This document shows, piece after piece, positions 26,272-33,410 of a stretch of 40,000 nt of DNA (position 1 is its first letter; every line of letters begins with the position of its first letter). The stretch is from Pseudomonas sp. ABY48 (GTDB lineage Bacteria > Pseudomonadota > Gammaproteobacteria > Pseudomonadales > Pseudomonadaceae). The stretch lies in assembly GCF_048627035.1 (NCBI RefSeq), contig NZ_CP184478.1. One strand, written 5' to 3'. Under the pieces are notes generated by a model that had not been told where the DNA came from, did not search any database, and worked only from the letters and a program-made list of their open reading frames with translations. Position numbers and translations under genes: made by a program.

Positions 26272-27327
26272 TTGCTTAAGTTCAGCGCAATCAAGGCGTT
26301 ACAGAGCCAAACCCACCAAGTGGTATCGTTTGCGGCTACCGTTGAGCAGATTTTGGCGATCGCTAGCATCGACCGAGTCAAGCGTGATGATCGTGGCGCC
26401 CTTCATGGCTTTCAGCGGCCACAGGTGTCCAAGCACATACGAGAGATCCGCGACTACCTCTCCCGTCCCGATGCGGTAATGCCCAATGCTGTGGTGTTAG
26501 CGTTTACCAGTGGAGTCCGGGTGGTGGAAGGAAATGGAGCCTATGCAGAAATTGAGGTGGATATTTCATCCGGCCCTCCTGGGTTCGTTGTGGATGGTCA
26601 GCAGCGCCTATCTGCGTTAGCTGGGCTCGAGGGGAGTTCGTTCCAGTTACTGGTGTCTGCTCTTGTGTGTGAAAATCAGGAAGAGCTTCGCCGGCAATTC
26701 ATTCTCGTCAACAACACCAGTCCATTACCGAAGTCGCTGGTATATGAACTGCTCCCTTCTGTCAGCGGCCTTCCATTCAGAATGACTTCCCGCGCCCGCG
26801 CAGCCCGCATCGTGGAAATGCTGAATTATGACGATCGATCTTCTTTGCAAGGACAGATTAAGCAGCATACCAACCCTTCAGGGGTCATCGGTGATACGTC
26901 GCTCCAGAAACTGGTAATGAATTCCTTATCTGACGGTTACTGTCGGGAGGTGATTGAGTTGTCGGGAGGTGAGGATCGGTGTTTCTTGGCCATCAGTGAG
27001 TTTTTCCAGGCGGTCCAGGAGGTGTTTGGAAATGCTTGGCATGGTCACACCCCTAAAAGTTCTCGTCTCGTCCATAGCGCGGGGATTATTTCCATGGGGT
27101 TCGTTATGGAGCAGTTGTGTGCTACAGGAGCGCCACTGGCCCCAGTATTCAAGTTAGGCCTTAGAAAGCTACAAGGATATACAGCTTGGACGCTCGATTC
27201 GGGAGAGTGGTCCTTTAAAACAGGCAATCGGCCATGGAATGGAGTTCAGAATTTACATGGTGATATTCATCTTTTGACTGATTATTTGACCCGGGTGGTT
27301 CGAAGTTCGGAACTCGTACCTAGCTAA
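26272..27327 (+). CDS. Second DGQHR/DndB/ParB-like paralogue (351 aa), divergent from dpdC
   Basis: A TTG start at 26272 is proposed (GAAGGAAGAG SD-like 5-10 nt upstream). It gives exactly 351 aa, the same length as the 21689..22744 product, and the two align from residue 2 (LKFSAIKALQ vs IYRFKGVRAQ). The ORF-track ATG 26170 would add 34 residues with no counterpart. Motifs: HGFQRPQVSKHIREIRDYL, FVVDGQQRLSAL, QFILVNNTSPLPKSLVYELLP. Confidence 0.75.
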   Translation: MLKFSAIKALQSQTHQVVSFAATVEQILAIASIDRVKRDDRGALHGFQRPQVSKHIREIRDYLSRPDAVMPNAVVLAFTSGVRVVEGNGAYAEIEVDISSGPPGFVVDGQQRLSALAGLEGSSFQLLVSALVCENQEELRRQFILVNNTSPLPKSLVYELLPSVSGLPFRMTSRARAARIVEMLNYDDRSSLQGQIKQHTNPSGVIGDTSLQKLVMNSLSDGYCREVIELSGGEDRCFLAISEFFQAVQEVFGNAWHGHTPKSSRLVHSAGIISMGFVMEQLCATGAPLAPVFKLGLRKLQGYTAWTLDSGEWSFKTGNRPWNGVQNLHGDIHLLTDYLTRVVRSSELVPS

Positions 27328-27359
27328 CGGGTGCACATTACTAATATTTAGGAGGCATT

Positions 27360-27899
27360 ATGACTACTTTGGTTTCCTCGGATCTGTCTCCAGCCCTGGC
27401 CAGTGACGCCAGTGTAAAAGAGTTCTCTGAAGTCATTCTTCATCTATCCATGGCTTTTCAGGAGGCATTGAGGAGGCTCGCAGGGCAGGACGAAGCTTTC
27501 CCTTCGGAAGGGTATGGCATGCTGACTGAAGCCTACGGTTTGCGGACGCGTGCGAATATTCTCTACCTGACGCCATCTACCCATGTGGTGCAGGAATTAA
27601 ATTTTTCCCAAACTGCTATGTTGGGGAAATTCGAAGAAATATTGAATTGTTTGAGTGATGTAACCGATTTGCACACAGTTAACGCCAGTGGCCGTTACCG
27701 CAGCAATGGATATACACACAAATCGAAATGCGGAAGCCACCAATCCCCCAGGGCTCGCCTCACGCCAGATGAGCCGATCCCACCGTCGATACAAGCGCCG
27801 ACTCCAGAAAACGAAAAGCAGTCTGCTTCGAAACCAGGGTCGACTCGAAGAACGCCAAATGGCTGCCATTACGCTCCACGTGCAACAAGGCATCACTGA
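27360..27899 (+). CDS. Hypothetical protein; the reading frame runs across the island/core junction
   Basis: A strong SD (taggaggcatt-ATG) precedes it. The first ~110 codons lie in island-type sequence. The rest reads through the repeat head (27690-27723) and the antisense 3' end of syrC, so the C-terminus is probably not native. Confidence 0.4.
   Translation: MTTLVSSDLSPALASDASVKEFSEVILHLSMAFQEALRRLAGQDEAFPSEGYGMLTEAYGLRTRANILYLTPSTHVVQELNFSQTAMLGKFEEILNCLSDVTDLHTVNASGRYRSNGYTHKSKCGSHQSPRARLTPDEPIPPSIQAPTPENEKQSASKPGSTRRTPNGCHYAPRATRHH
27690..27723 (-). repeat. Truncated head of the intergenic repeat family (inverted relative to the 1474 copy)
   Basis: The reverse complement tttgtgtgtatatccattgctgcggtaacggcc matches the head at 1474-1509 and the palindrome arm plus loop at 32082-32127. 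The expected body (gcttagggttccgctc...) is replaced by island sequence. Confidence 0.6.
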
Positions 27900-28986
27900 T
27901 GGACTCGGCAATGTGCTTGGAACCACCAAGGTGGGTGGTTTCATCGCAGTCGCCAGCGACGACCAGCGTAGGCACGCTGATCTGTTCCAATCGTGATCTC
28001 AGCTCAGTCTTGTTCAGCGCATCGTTGAGTCGCGCATAGCGATAGAACAACTCTTCGTTGACATAGGGATAGAGCGCCGCATGGGCGATGGAATCCGGAA
28101 TGGTCGCCAGCGTCGCCTGATCCAGGAACAACGCCTGCAGGTCGCTGGCCTCGTTGCGGTCCACGGCGGCCGACTCCATCAGCCATTCGAAATTCTGCTG
28201 GTGGGCAGTGCGCAGGCTGTTGTCCCCCAGGTTGTAATCGCCGTGCCACAGGCTCAGGGAATTGACCCGGTCGGGGTGGGTGGCGGCCGCGCTGAGGGCG
28301 ATCACCGCGCCACCGCAGATACCCATCAGGTGCGCGTTCTCCAGGTCATAGTGGTTCATCACATTGATCAGGTCACCCACCTGGGCGTCGGTGTCCACGG
28401 ACAACTGGTCGAACGAGGTGCAGGAACCGAACAGCCCACGGGTTTCCCAGGTGACCACGAAAAACCGCTCGCTCAACGCATTGAACCAATCGCGGCACAG
28501 GTCGAACGGCATGCCGCAGGGCAGGGCGAGGACGATGGCCGGGCGATTTCGATCGGTGCTGGCATGGACCGACAGCGCCACGTTGTCGCGGGTAATCAGG
28601 TGCAGTGTCTCGACCTCGGGCACGGCACCGCTGAAATCGAAGTGTCTGACCAGGCGCCCGAAATCCTTGGCACTGTCGACGTCGTCGAAGTGGTCATAGG
28701 CAAACTCGAGGGCCTGGCAGATTTTCTTGCTGATGAACATCTCGAAAGACGACAGCTGGGCCTCGCCGTCATGCACGTACTGCAAGGCTTTGACGCCGAT
28801 CCTGGCGAATGCGGTGCTGACCGCGCGTTCCGTGGCTCTCACGCTGGAGGACGCCTGGTCGGGGGCCACGTCATTGCCCTGGGCCAGAAAGCTCAGGCAG
28901 ATCGGATTGGGCAAATGGATGGCAAGGTGCCTAAGCATCCTCACGGTCTCACACAGGCGCGTCGCTGCGTCGGTGGAAATAGTCAT
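27760..28986 (-). CDS. syrC: SyrC-type alpha/beta-hydrolase-fold aminoacyl transferase
   Basis: The start is placed at ATG 28986 (MTISTDAATRL) with an AGGAG about 11 nt upstream. It has an active-site Cys in a GxCxG nucleophile elbow (HLMGICGGAVIAL), as in SyrC. It lies downstream of syrB1/syrB2. Confidence 0.85.
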   Translation of the reverse strand: MTISTDAATRLCETVRMLRHLAIHLPNPICLSFLAQGNDVAPDQASSSVRATERAVSTAFARIGVKALQYVHDGEAQLSSFEMFISKKICQALEFAYDHFDDVDSAKDFGRLVRHFDFSGAVPEVETLHLITRDNVALSVHASTDRNRPAIVLALPCGMPFDLCRDWFNALSERFFVVTWETRGLFGSCTSFDQLSVDTDAQVGDLINVMNHYDLENAHLMGICGGAVIALSAAATHPDRVNSLSLWHGDYNLGDNSLRTAHQQNFEWLMESAAVDRNEASDLQALFLDQATLATIPDSIAHAALYPYVNEELFYRYARLNDALNKTELRSRLEQISVPTLVVAGDCDETTHLGGSKHIAESISDALLHVERNGSHLAFFESTLVSKQTAFRFLESALVSTVGSAHLA

Positions 28987-29046
28987 GGATTGGGGACTCC
29001 TGTCAGGCACGTTGCGCATGCCAACTGTCATGTGGCATTGAAAAGG

Positions 29047-29982
29047 TCAGACGGCTTCGAACTTCTTGCCTCGAGTGGTGTGGGTGACAAGGCGATTGTA
29101 TTCAGGTGTCGTGTCGCCGATGACCTGCACCGCGCCGTACTTTTCAAGGCTGATACGTCCACCGTATTCCTCGATGTGGTCGGAGTCCGGGTAGATCTTC
29201 ACGAACGACGGTACATAACGCGAGGCGAAGCCCATGCGCATGTCCTGGGACTCACCGCTGTGGGGGTAGGAGGCGTGCATCAGGGTCGACCAGAAAATGA
29301 TGAACTGGCCGGCCTTCATCTGCATCGGCACGGCAGAGGCTTCATCGGGTTTCCAGTTTTCGTCGATCTGCAGCTGGCGATAGTCGTAGCCGAAGAAACC
29401 GCGCCGCACGCCATCCTTGACCACCGAGCTGTTGTTGGCATCGGGGTCGTAGGCCATGCGCTTGGTTTCGTCGTAGTTCATGCTGTTCTGGGTGCCGGGA
29501 ATGAACTGCAGGCAACCGTTGGCGATGTTGGCGTCGGTGAAGGCGGTCCAGACGGTAATGGTGCCGCCGAAGTCTTCGTTTTCCGGCCACAGGATCTGCG
29601 GTTTGCCCGAGGCATTGGCGAAGGTGTCGGCCTGGTGCCAGTCGGTGCCTTCGTCGCCTGGGTATTTAGGGAAAAACTCGGTGCGCCAGCACAGCACGTC
29701 CGGGCCGAGGATGCTTTCGACGCGGTCGCAGATTTGCGGACGGCAGATGTGGTTGGCGAGGAATTCGTCGTCCAGGTGGCGATCGTAGTTGGCAATGTTG
29801 GTGCCGCCGGAAATCGCATCCAGATCCTGGTACGCCGCGGCACTGCGGTCGAGCAGGCGCAGGCGGGTGCGTTTCCAGGTCTCTTTCATTTCTTCTGGGG
29901 AATAGGCGTCGAACGGTCCAATGAAACCGTTCTTTTCAAAGGACGCACGTTCTTCCGGGGTCAAGGCGAATTTTTTGCTCAT
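29047..29982 (-). CDS. syrB2: SyrB2-type non-heme Fe(II)/2-oxoglutarate halogenase
   Basis: The start is placed at ATG 29982 ([11 protein letters not shown]), giving 311 aa. The HxA motif (WHQADTF) replaces the HxD/E of hydroxylases, and a distal His lies in [10 protein letters not shown]. It sits between the syrB1 and syrC homologues. Confidence 0.9.
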   Translation of the reverse strand: MSKKFALTPEERASFEKNGFIGPFDAYSPEEMKETWKRTRLRLLDRSAAAYQDLDAISGGTNIANYDRHLDDEFLANHICRPQICDRVESILGPDVLCWRTEFFPKYPGDEGTDWHQADTFANASGKPQILWPENEDFGGTITVWTAFTDANIANGCLQFIPGTQNSMNYDETKRMAYDPDANNSSVVKDGVRRGFFGYDYRQLQIDENWKPDEASAVPMQMKAGQFIIFWSTLMHASYPHSGESQDMRMGFASRYVPSFVKIYPDSDHIEEYGGRISLEKYGAVQVIGDTTPEYNRLVTHTTRGKKFEAV

Positions 29983-29999
29983 GGGCTTTTCCTTTTCGA

Positions 30000-31847
30000 T
30001 CAATGGGCTTGAACAAGGGAACGCTGGATACAACCGGCCAACACTTTGGCGGTCGCGCCGTCTGCCAGCACGCCGGGGTCGAGGTTGACTCGGTAATGGG
30101 CCTTGAGTGTGCTCAACGAGCGGATCAGGGCCAGGGAGGTGCCGCCGAAGTCGAAGAAGTCATCGTTCAAGCCGATATTTTTCAGGCCGATGTCGTCCGA
30201 CCAGACCTTGAGCACGAACTGCTCCTGTTCGGTGAGGCCCGGTTCGCTGGAATGGTCCACGGTCGAAGTGGCCAAATCGGGAGAGGGTAGGCGGCTCTTG
30301 TCGATTTTGCCGTGGTCGGTGACTGGCAACGCGGCCAGTGGGATGTAGGCCGAGGGGCGCATGTAGTCCGGCAGGTTCGCAGCCACCTGCGCCGCCACTT
30401 CGCAGCGCACCTGTTCGGTCCAGGCCGCCACGCCATGGGTCGGCACCACGTAGGTGACCAGGCGCCAGTCGCCATCGCCGTAATCGTGACCGGCCACGTG
30501 GGCGGCGGCTACGGCCGGGCTGGCTTGCAGGCACGCCTCGACTTCGCCCGGCTCGATGCGGAACCCACGGATTTTCAATTGTTCATCGCAACGACCGGCG
30601 TAGCGGTACTCGCCGTCGTCCCCCAGCACCAGCAAGTCACCGGTGCGATAGGCACGGCTTGAGGTGCCTGGCAGCTGGACGAAGCGTTCGCTGTTCAGCG
30701 CGGGGCGATTCAGGTAGCCCAGGGCGACACCGGCGCCTTCGATATACAGCTCGCCGGCATTGCCTTGCGGCACCGGTTGCCGATTGGCGTCGAGCAGGTG
30801 CAGGCGCCAGCCATCCAGCGGCGCGCCGATGGACACCATGGCGGCGCTTTCCAGGTCCTGGCCGCGCACCTGTTTGAAGGTGGTGTGGACAGTGGCTTCG
30901 GTGATGCCGTACATGTTGATCAAGGCCGGCTTCTGATCGCCATGGCGCTCAACCCACGGGCGTAGCACGGTGGCTGGCAGCGCCTCGCCGCCGAACACCA
31001 CATAGCGCAGCGCCAGGGGCGCACTGCCAGAACGGTCAGCCTCATCCAGGCCGCGGAACGCCGATGGCGTCTGGCTCAGGACCGTCACGCCCTGGTCGGC
31101 CAGCCATTGACGCGTGCCACTTGGCGAGCGCGACACATCGTAGGGCACCACGGCGACATGGCCACCGTGGGCGAGGGCGCCCCAGATTTCCCACACCGAA
31201 AAATCGAAACCGATGGAGTGGAACATCGACCAGACGTCGTTTTCGGTGAAGGCGAACGAGCGCTGGGTACTTTCCAACAGGCGGCTGACGTTGCCGTGCG
31301 CCACCAATACACCCTTGGGTTCGCCGGTGGAACCGGAGGTGTAGATGACGTAGGCTGCGGCCTCGTCGGGGTTGCGCCGGTCGTTGCCAGGCAGCGGTTG
31401 CAGGGTCGGGCCGGCCAGCAGCTCGGCCAGGGACAGGACGCGTACGGATGCGCTTTGCGGCAGGTCGGCGAGTTCACCGATCATCAGGCCCAGGCTGCTG
31501 TCGCGCACGATGTGTTCGACACGCTTGCCGGGGTATTGCGGATCGACCGGGACGTAAGCGCCGCCGGCCTTGAGGATGCCCAGCAGGCTGATGACCAGGT
31601 CGACGCCACGTGGCAGGCACATCCCCACCAGCATGCCGTCCTGGACGCCTTCCTGGCGAAGCCTGGCCGCCAGCTGCGACGAAGCCGTGTCGAGTTGTGC
31701 GTAGCTCAATGAGCGAGAAGCGTCGGACACCGCGGTTCGCTCAGGGAATTCACGGGCCCGGGCGACGAATGTTTCATGCAGGAATGCACCGGGTGTGAGG
31801 GGGGCTGGCGCGGGGTTGACCGATCCGCCAGTGTTCTTAATCGGCAT
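30000..31847 (-). CDS. syrB1: SyrB1-type stand-alone adenylation-thiolation didomain protein
   Basis: The start is placed at ATG 31847 (MPIKNTGG) with an AGGAG 8 nt upstream, giving 615 aa. A-domain cores: [70 protein letters not shown]. The carrier motif is [12 protein letters not shown]. Confidence 0.9.
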   Translation of the reverse strand: MPIKNTGGSVNPAPAPLTPGAFLHETFVARAREFPERTAVSDASRSLSYAQLDTASSQLAARLRQEGVQDGMLVGMCLPRGVDLVISLLGILKAGGAYVPVDPQYPGKRVEHIVRDSSLGLMIGELADLPQSASVRVLSLAELLAGPTLQPLPGNDRRNPDEAAAYVIYTSGSTGEPKGVLVAHGNVSRLLESTQRSFAFTENDVWSMFHSIGFDFSVWEIWGALAHGGHVAVVPYDVSRSPSGTRQWLADQGVTVLSQTPSAFRGLDEADRSGSAPLALRYVVFGGEALPATVLRPWVERHGDQKPALINMYGITEATVHTTFKQVRGQDLESAAMVSIGAPLDGWRLHLLDANRQPVPQGNAGELYIEGAGVALGYLNRPALNSERFVQLPGTSSRAYRTGDLLVLGDDGEYRYAGRCDEQLKIRGFRIEPGEVEACLQASPAVAAAHVAGHDYGDGDWRLVTYVVPTHGVAAWTEQVRCEVAAQVAANLPDYMRPSAYIPLAALPVTDHGKIDKSRLPSPDLATSTVDHSSEPGLTEQEQFVLKVWSDDIGLKNIGLNDDFFDFGGTSLALIRSLSTLKAHYRVNLDPGVLADGATAKVLAGCIQRSLVQAH

Positions 31848-31997
31848 GACTAACGCTCCTGTTAAATGCCAGGCACAGCGTGCTTGCGTGTTGCGCAAAC
31901 CGATGTACTCGAGACGTCGCTGCGACCCACGGCATCATTTGCGGTACCTGTGCAATTCGCAGCTCGCGCATTTCAGCACCGACTTTGTGTCGGCGTC

Positions 31998-32017
31998 TGT
32001 CGCGGGAAATGGGGACA
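31998..32017. promoter_or_regulatory. Candidate LuxR-type (syr-syp-box-like) dyad in the syrB1/syrP divergent region
   Basis: TGTCgcgggaaatgggGACA has TGTC/GACA dyad ends. The spacing is 2 nt longer than the TGTCCCG-N4-CGGGACA consensus I remember for P. syringae. Confidence 0.2.
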
Positions 32018-32081
32018 AGCGAGGCTTATGCGGATCGACGTGCATCTGTGCATTTGTGCAACGGTCGGTGGTGGGCTTTGT

Positions 32082-32127
32082 TTTGGTGTGTATATCCGTT
32101 ACCGCAGAAACGGATATACACACCAAA
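32082..32127. repeat. Perfect 19-bp inverted repeat with an 8-nt loop (repeat-family head in palindromic form)
   Basis: tttggtgtgtatatccgtt (32082-32100), accgcaga, aacggatatacacaccaaa (32109-32127). There are no mismatches. Confidence 0.9.
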
Positions 32128-32193
32128 CCACGCCTCTCGGAACAGATAATCAAAACCTCCGATAACGGCCTAAGTAACCCCCATCAAAACCTC

Positions 32194-32213
32194 TGTCCCG
32201 GTTTGCGGTGCCA
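32194..32213. promoter_or_regulatory. Second candidate syr-syp-box-like half-dyad about 100 nt upstream of syrP
   Basis: TGTCCCGgtttgCGGtGcCA. The left half is a perfect TGTCCCG and the right half is degenerate. Confidence 0.2.
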
Positions 32214-32314
32214 GACATCCCCCCCGATCAATGTTTTTATCCTTGCCCGATGGTGGGTCGCATTGGTCCGGCCCTGCGACGTGGATCCGACGATCCGTGG
32301 TTCAGGAGTTATTC

Positions 32315-33376
32315 ATGAGTCTTCAAACTGACGCTTCGCCCGTCATGTCCGCTGACGGGATGGCGGATTCGCTTGCCTGGCCAGGTCCTGGAGCCGGCGA
32401 ATCGGTCAGGCTGTCGTTGCTCGCCGACGGTTTGAGTTTACCGGTGGTGATCGAGCCGGCCGAACCGGGGTTGAATCCTTCGCTGTGGGCCAGCACCCAT
32501 CGTGAAGCCATCGAAACGTTGCTGTGTCGCCATGGTGCGGTGCTGTTTCGCGGTTTTGACCTCGCCTCGGTGCCAGCCTTCGAGGCGTTCGCCGAAGCCT
32601 TGTCGCCTGGGTTGCACGGCAGCTACGGCGACCTGCCGAAGAAGGAGGGCGGACGCAACGTCTACCGCTCCACGCCGTATCCCGAGCGCGAGATGATCCT
32701 GTATCACAACGAGAGCTCGCACCTGGAAAGCTGGCCGCGCAAGCAATGGTTCTATTGCGAGCAGCCGTCCCGGATGGGCGGCGCCACGCCATTGGCCGAC
32801 ATCCGCCAAGTGTTGCGGTGCCTGCCCTCGGAAGTGGTGGCCCGGTTCGAACAAAAGGGCCTGAGGTACAGCCGCACCTTCACCGCCGGTGTCGAGCCGA
32901 GCTGGGCGTCGTTCTTCGGCACAACCGAGCGCGCGGTGGTCGAACAGCGTTGCCGGGAGGAAGGCACCGATTTCGAATGGCTCGACGACGAAACCCTGCA
33001 AGTGCGCACCCTCTGTCCGGCGGTTATCCAGCATCCGGTGACCGGGGAGCGGGCTTTTTTCAACCAGGTACAGCTGCACCATCCGTTCTGTCTCGGCGAG
33101 GAAATGCGCGAAGACCTGCTCGATATGTTCGGCGCCGACCGCCTGCCACGGATGGTCAGTTATGGCGATGGAACGCCGATTGAAGACGACGTCATGGCGT
33201 TGCTTGGCGAGGCCTATGAGGCCTGTGCGGTCAGGTTCGCCTGGCGCAAGGGCGATGTGGTGATGCTCGACAACATGTTGGCCGCCCACGCTCGCGATCC
33301 CTACGAGGAGCCGCGGCTTATCGTGGTGGCGATGGGCGAGATGACCGCCCGGGGCGATGTATGGCGACCGGCGTGA
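32315..33376 (+). CDS. syrP: SyrP-type TauD/TfdA-family Fe(II)/2-oxoglutarate hydroxylase (Asp beta-hydroxylase in syringomycin synthesis)
   Basis: The start is placed at ATG 32315 (MSLQTDASP) with an AGGAG 8 nt upstream, giving 353 aa. It has an HxE facial-triad motif (ILYHNESSH) and a distal His in NMLAAHARD. Confidence 0.85.
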   Translation: MSLQTDASPVMSADGMADSLAWPGPGAGESVRLSLLADGLSLPVVIEPAEPGLNPSLWASTHREAIETLLCRHGAVLFRGFDLASVPAFEAFAEALSPGLHGSYGDLPKKEGGRNVYRSTPYPEREMILYHNESSHLESWPRKQWFYCEQPSRMGGATPLADIRQVLRCLPSEVVARFEQKGLRYSRTFTAGVEPSWASFFGTTERAVVEQRCREEGTDFEWLDDETLQVRTLCPAVIQHPVTGERAFFNQVQLHHPFCLGEEMREDLLDMFGADRLPRMVSYGDGTPIEDDVMALLGEAYEACAVRFAWRKGDVVMLDNMLAAHARDPYEEPRLIVVAMGEMTARGDVWRPA

Positions 33377-33410
33377 GCCCTTTCGCGACTCCATTCGAGG
33401 ATAGCAAGCC

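Noticed and set aside
1662-27692. Search for integrase, recombinase, CRISPR array, toxin-antitoxin pair or phage structural genes inside the island
   Set aside because: None was found. All ORFs over 60 aa not assigned above are embedded in, or antisense to, the large dpd genes. The only short tandem repeat (10798-10840) is coding and not CRISPR-like.
27650-27700. Possible second copy of the tRNA-Pro att repeat at the right island junction
   Set aside because: Only a 7-nt coincidence (atcactc) with the 1629-1661 fragment on the reverse strand was found, so there is no convincing direct repeat.
28081-30012. 643-aa plus-strand ORF spanning the syrC/syrB2 region
   Set aside because: It is antisense to two well-supported genes, SyrC with its GxCxG motif and SyrB2 with its HxA motif. 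Its translation is Gly/Val/Ala/His-rich with no domain signature, so it is a GC-driven artefact.
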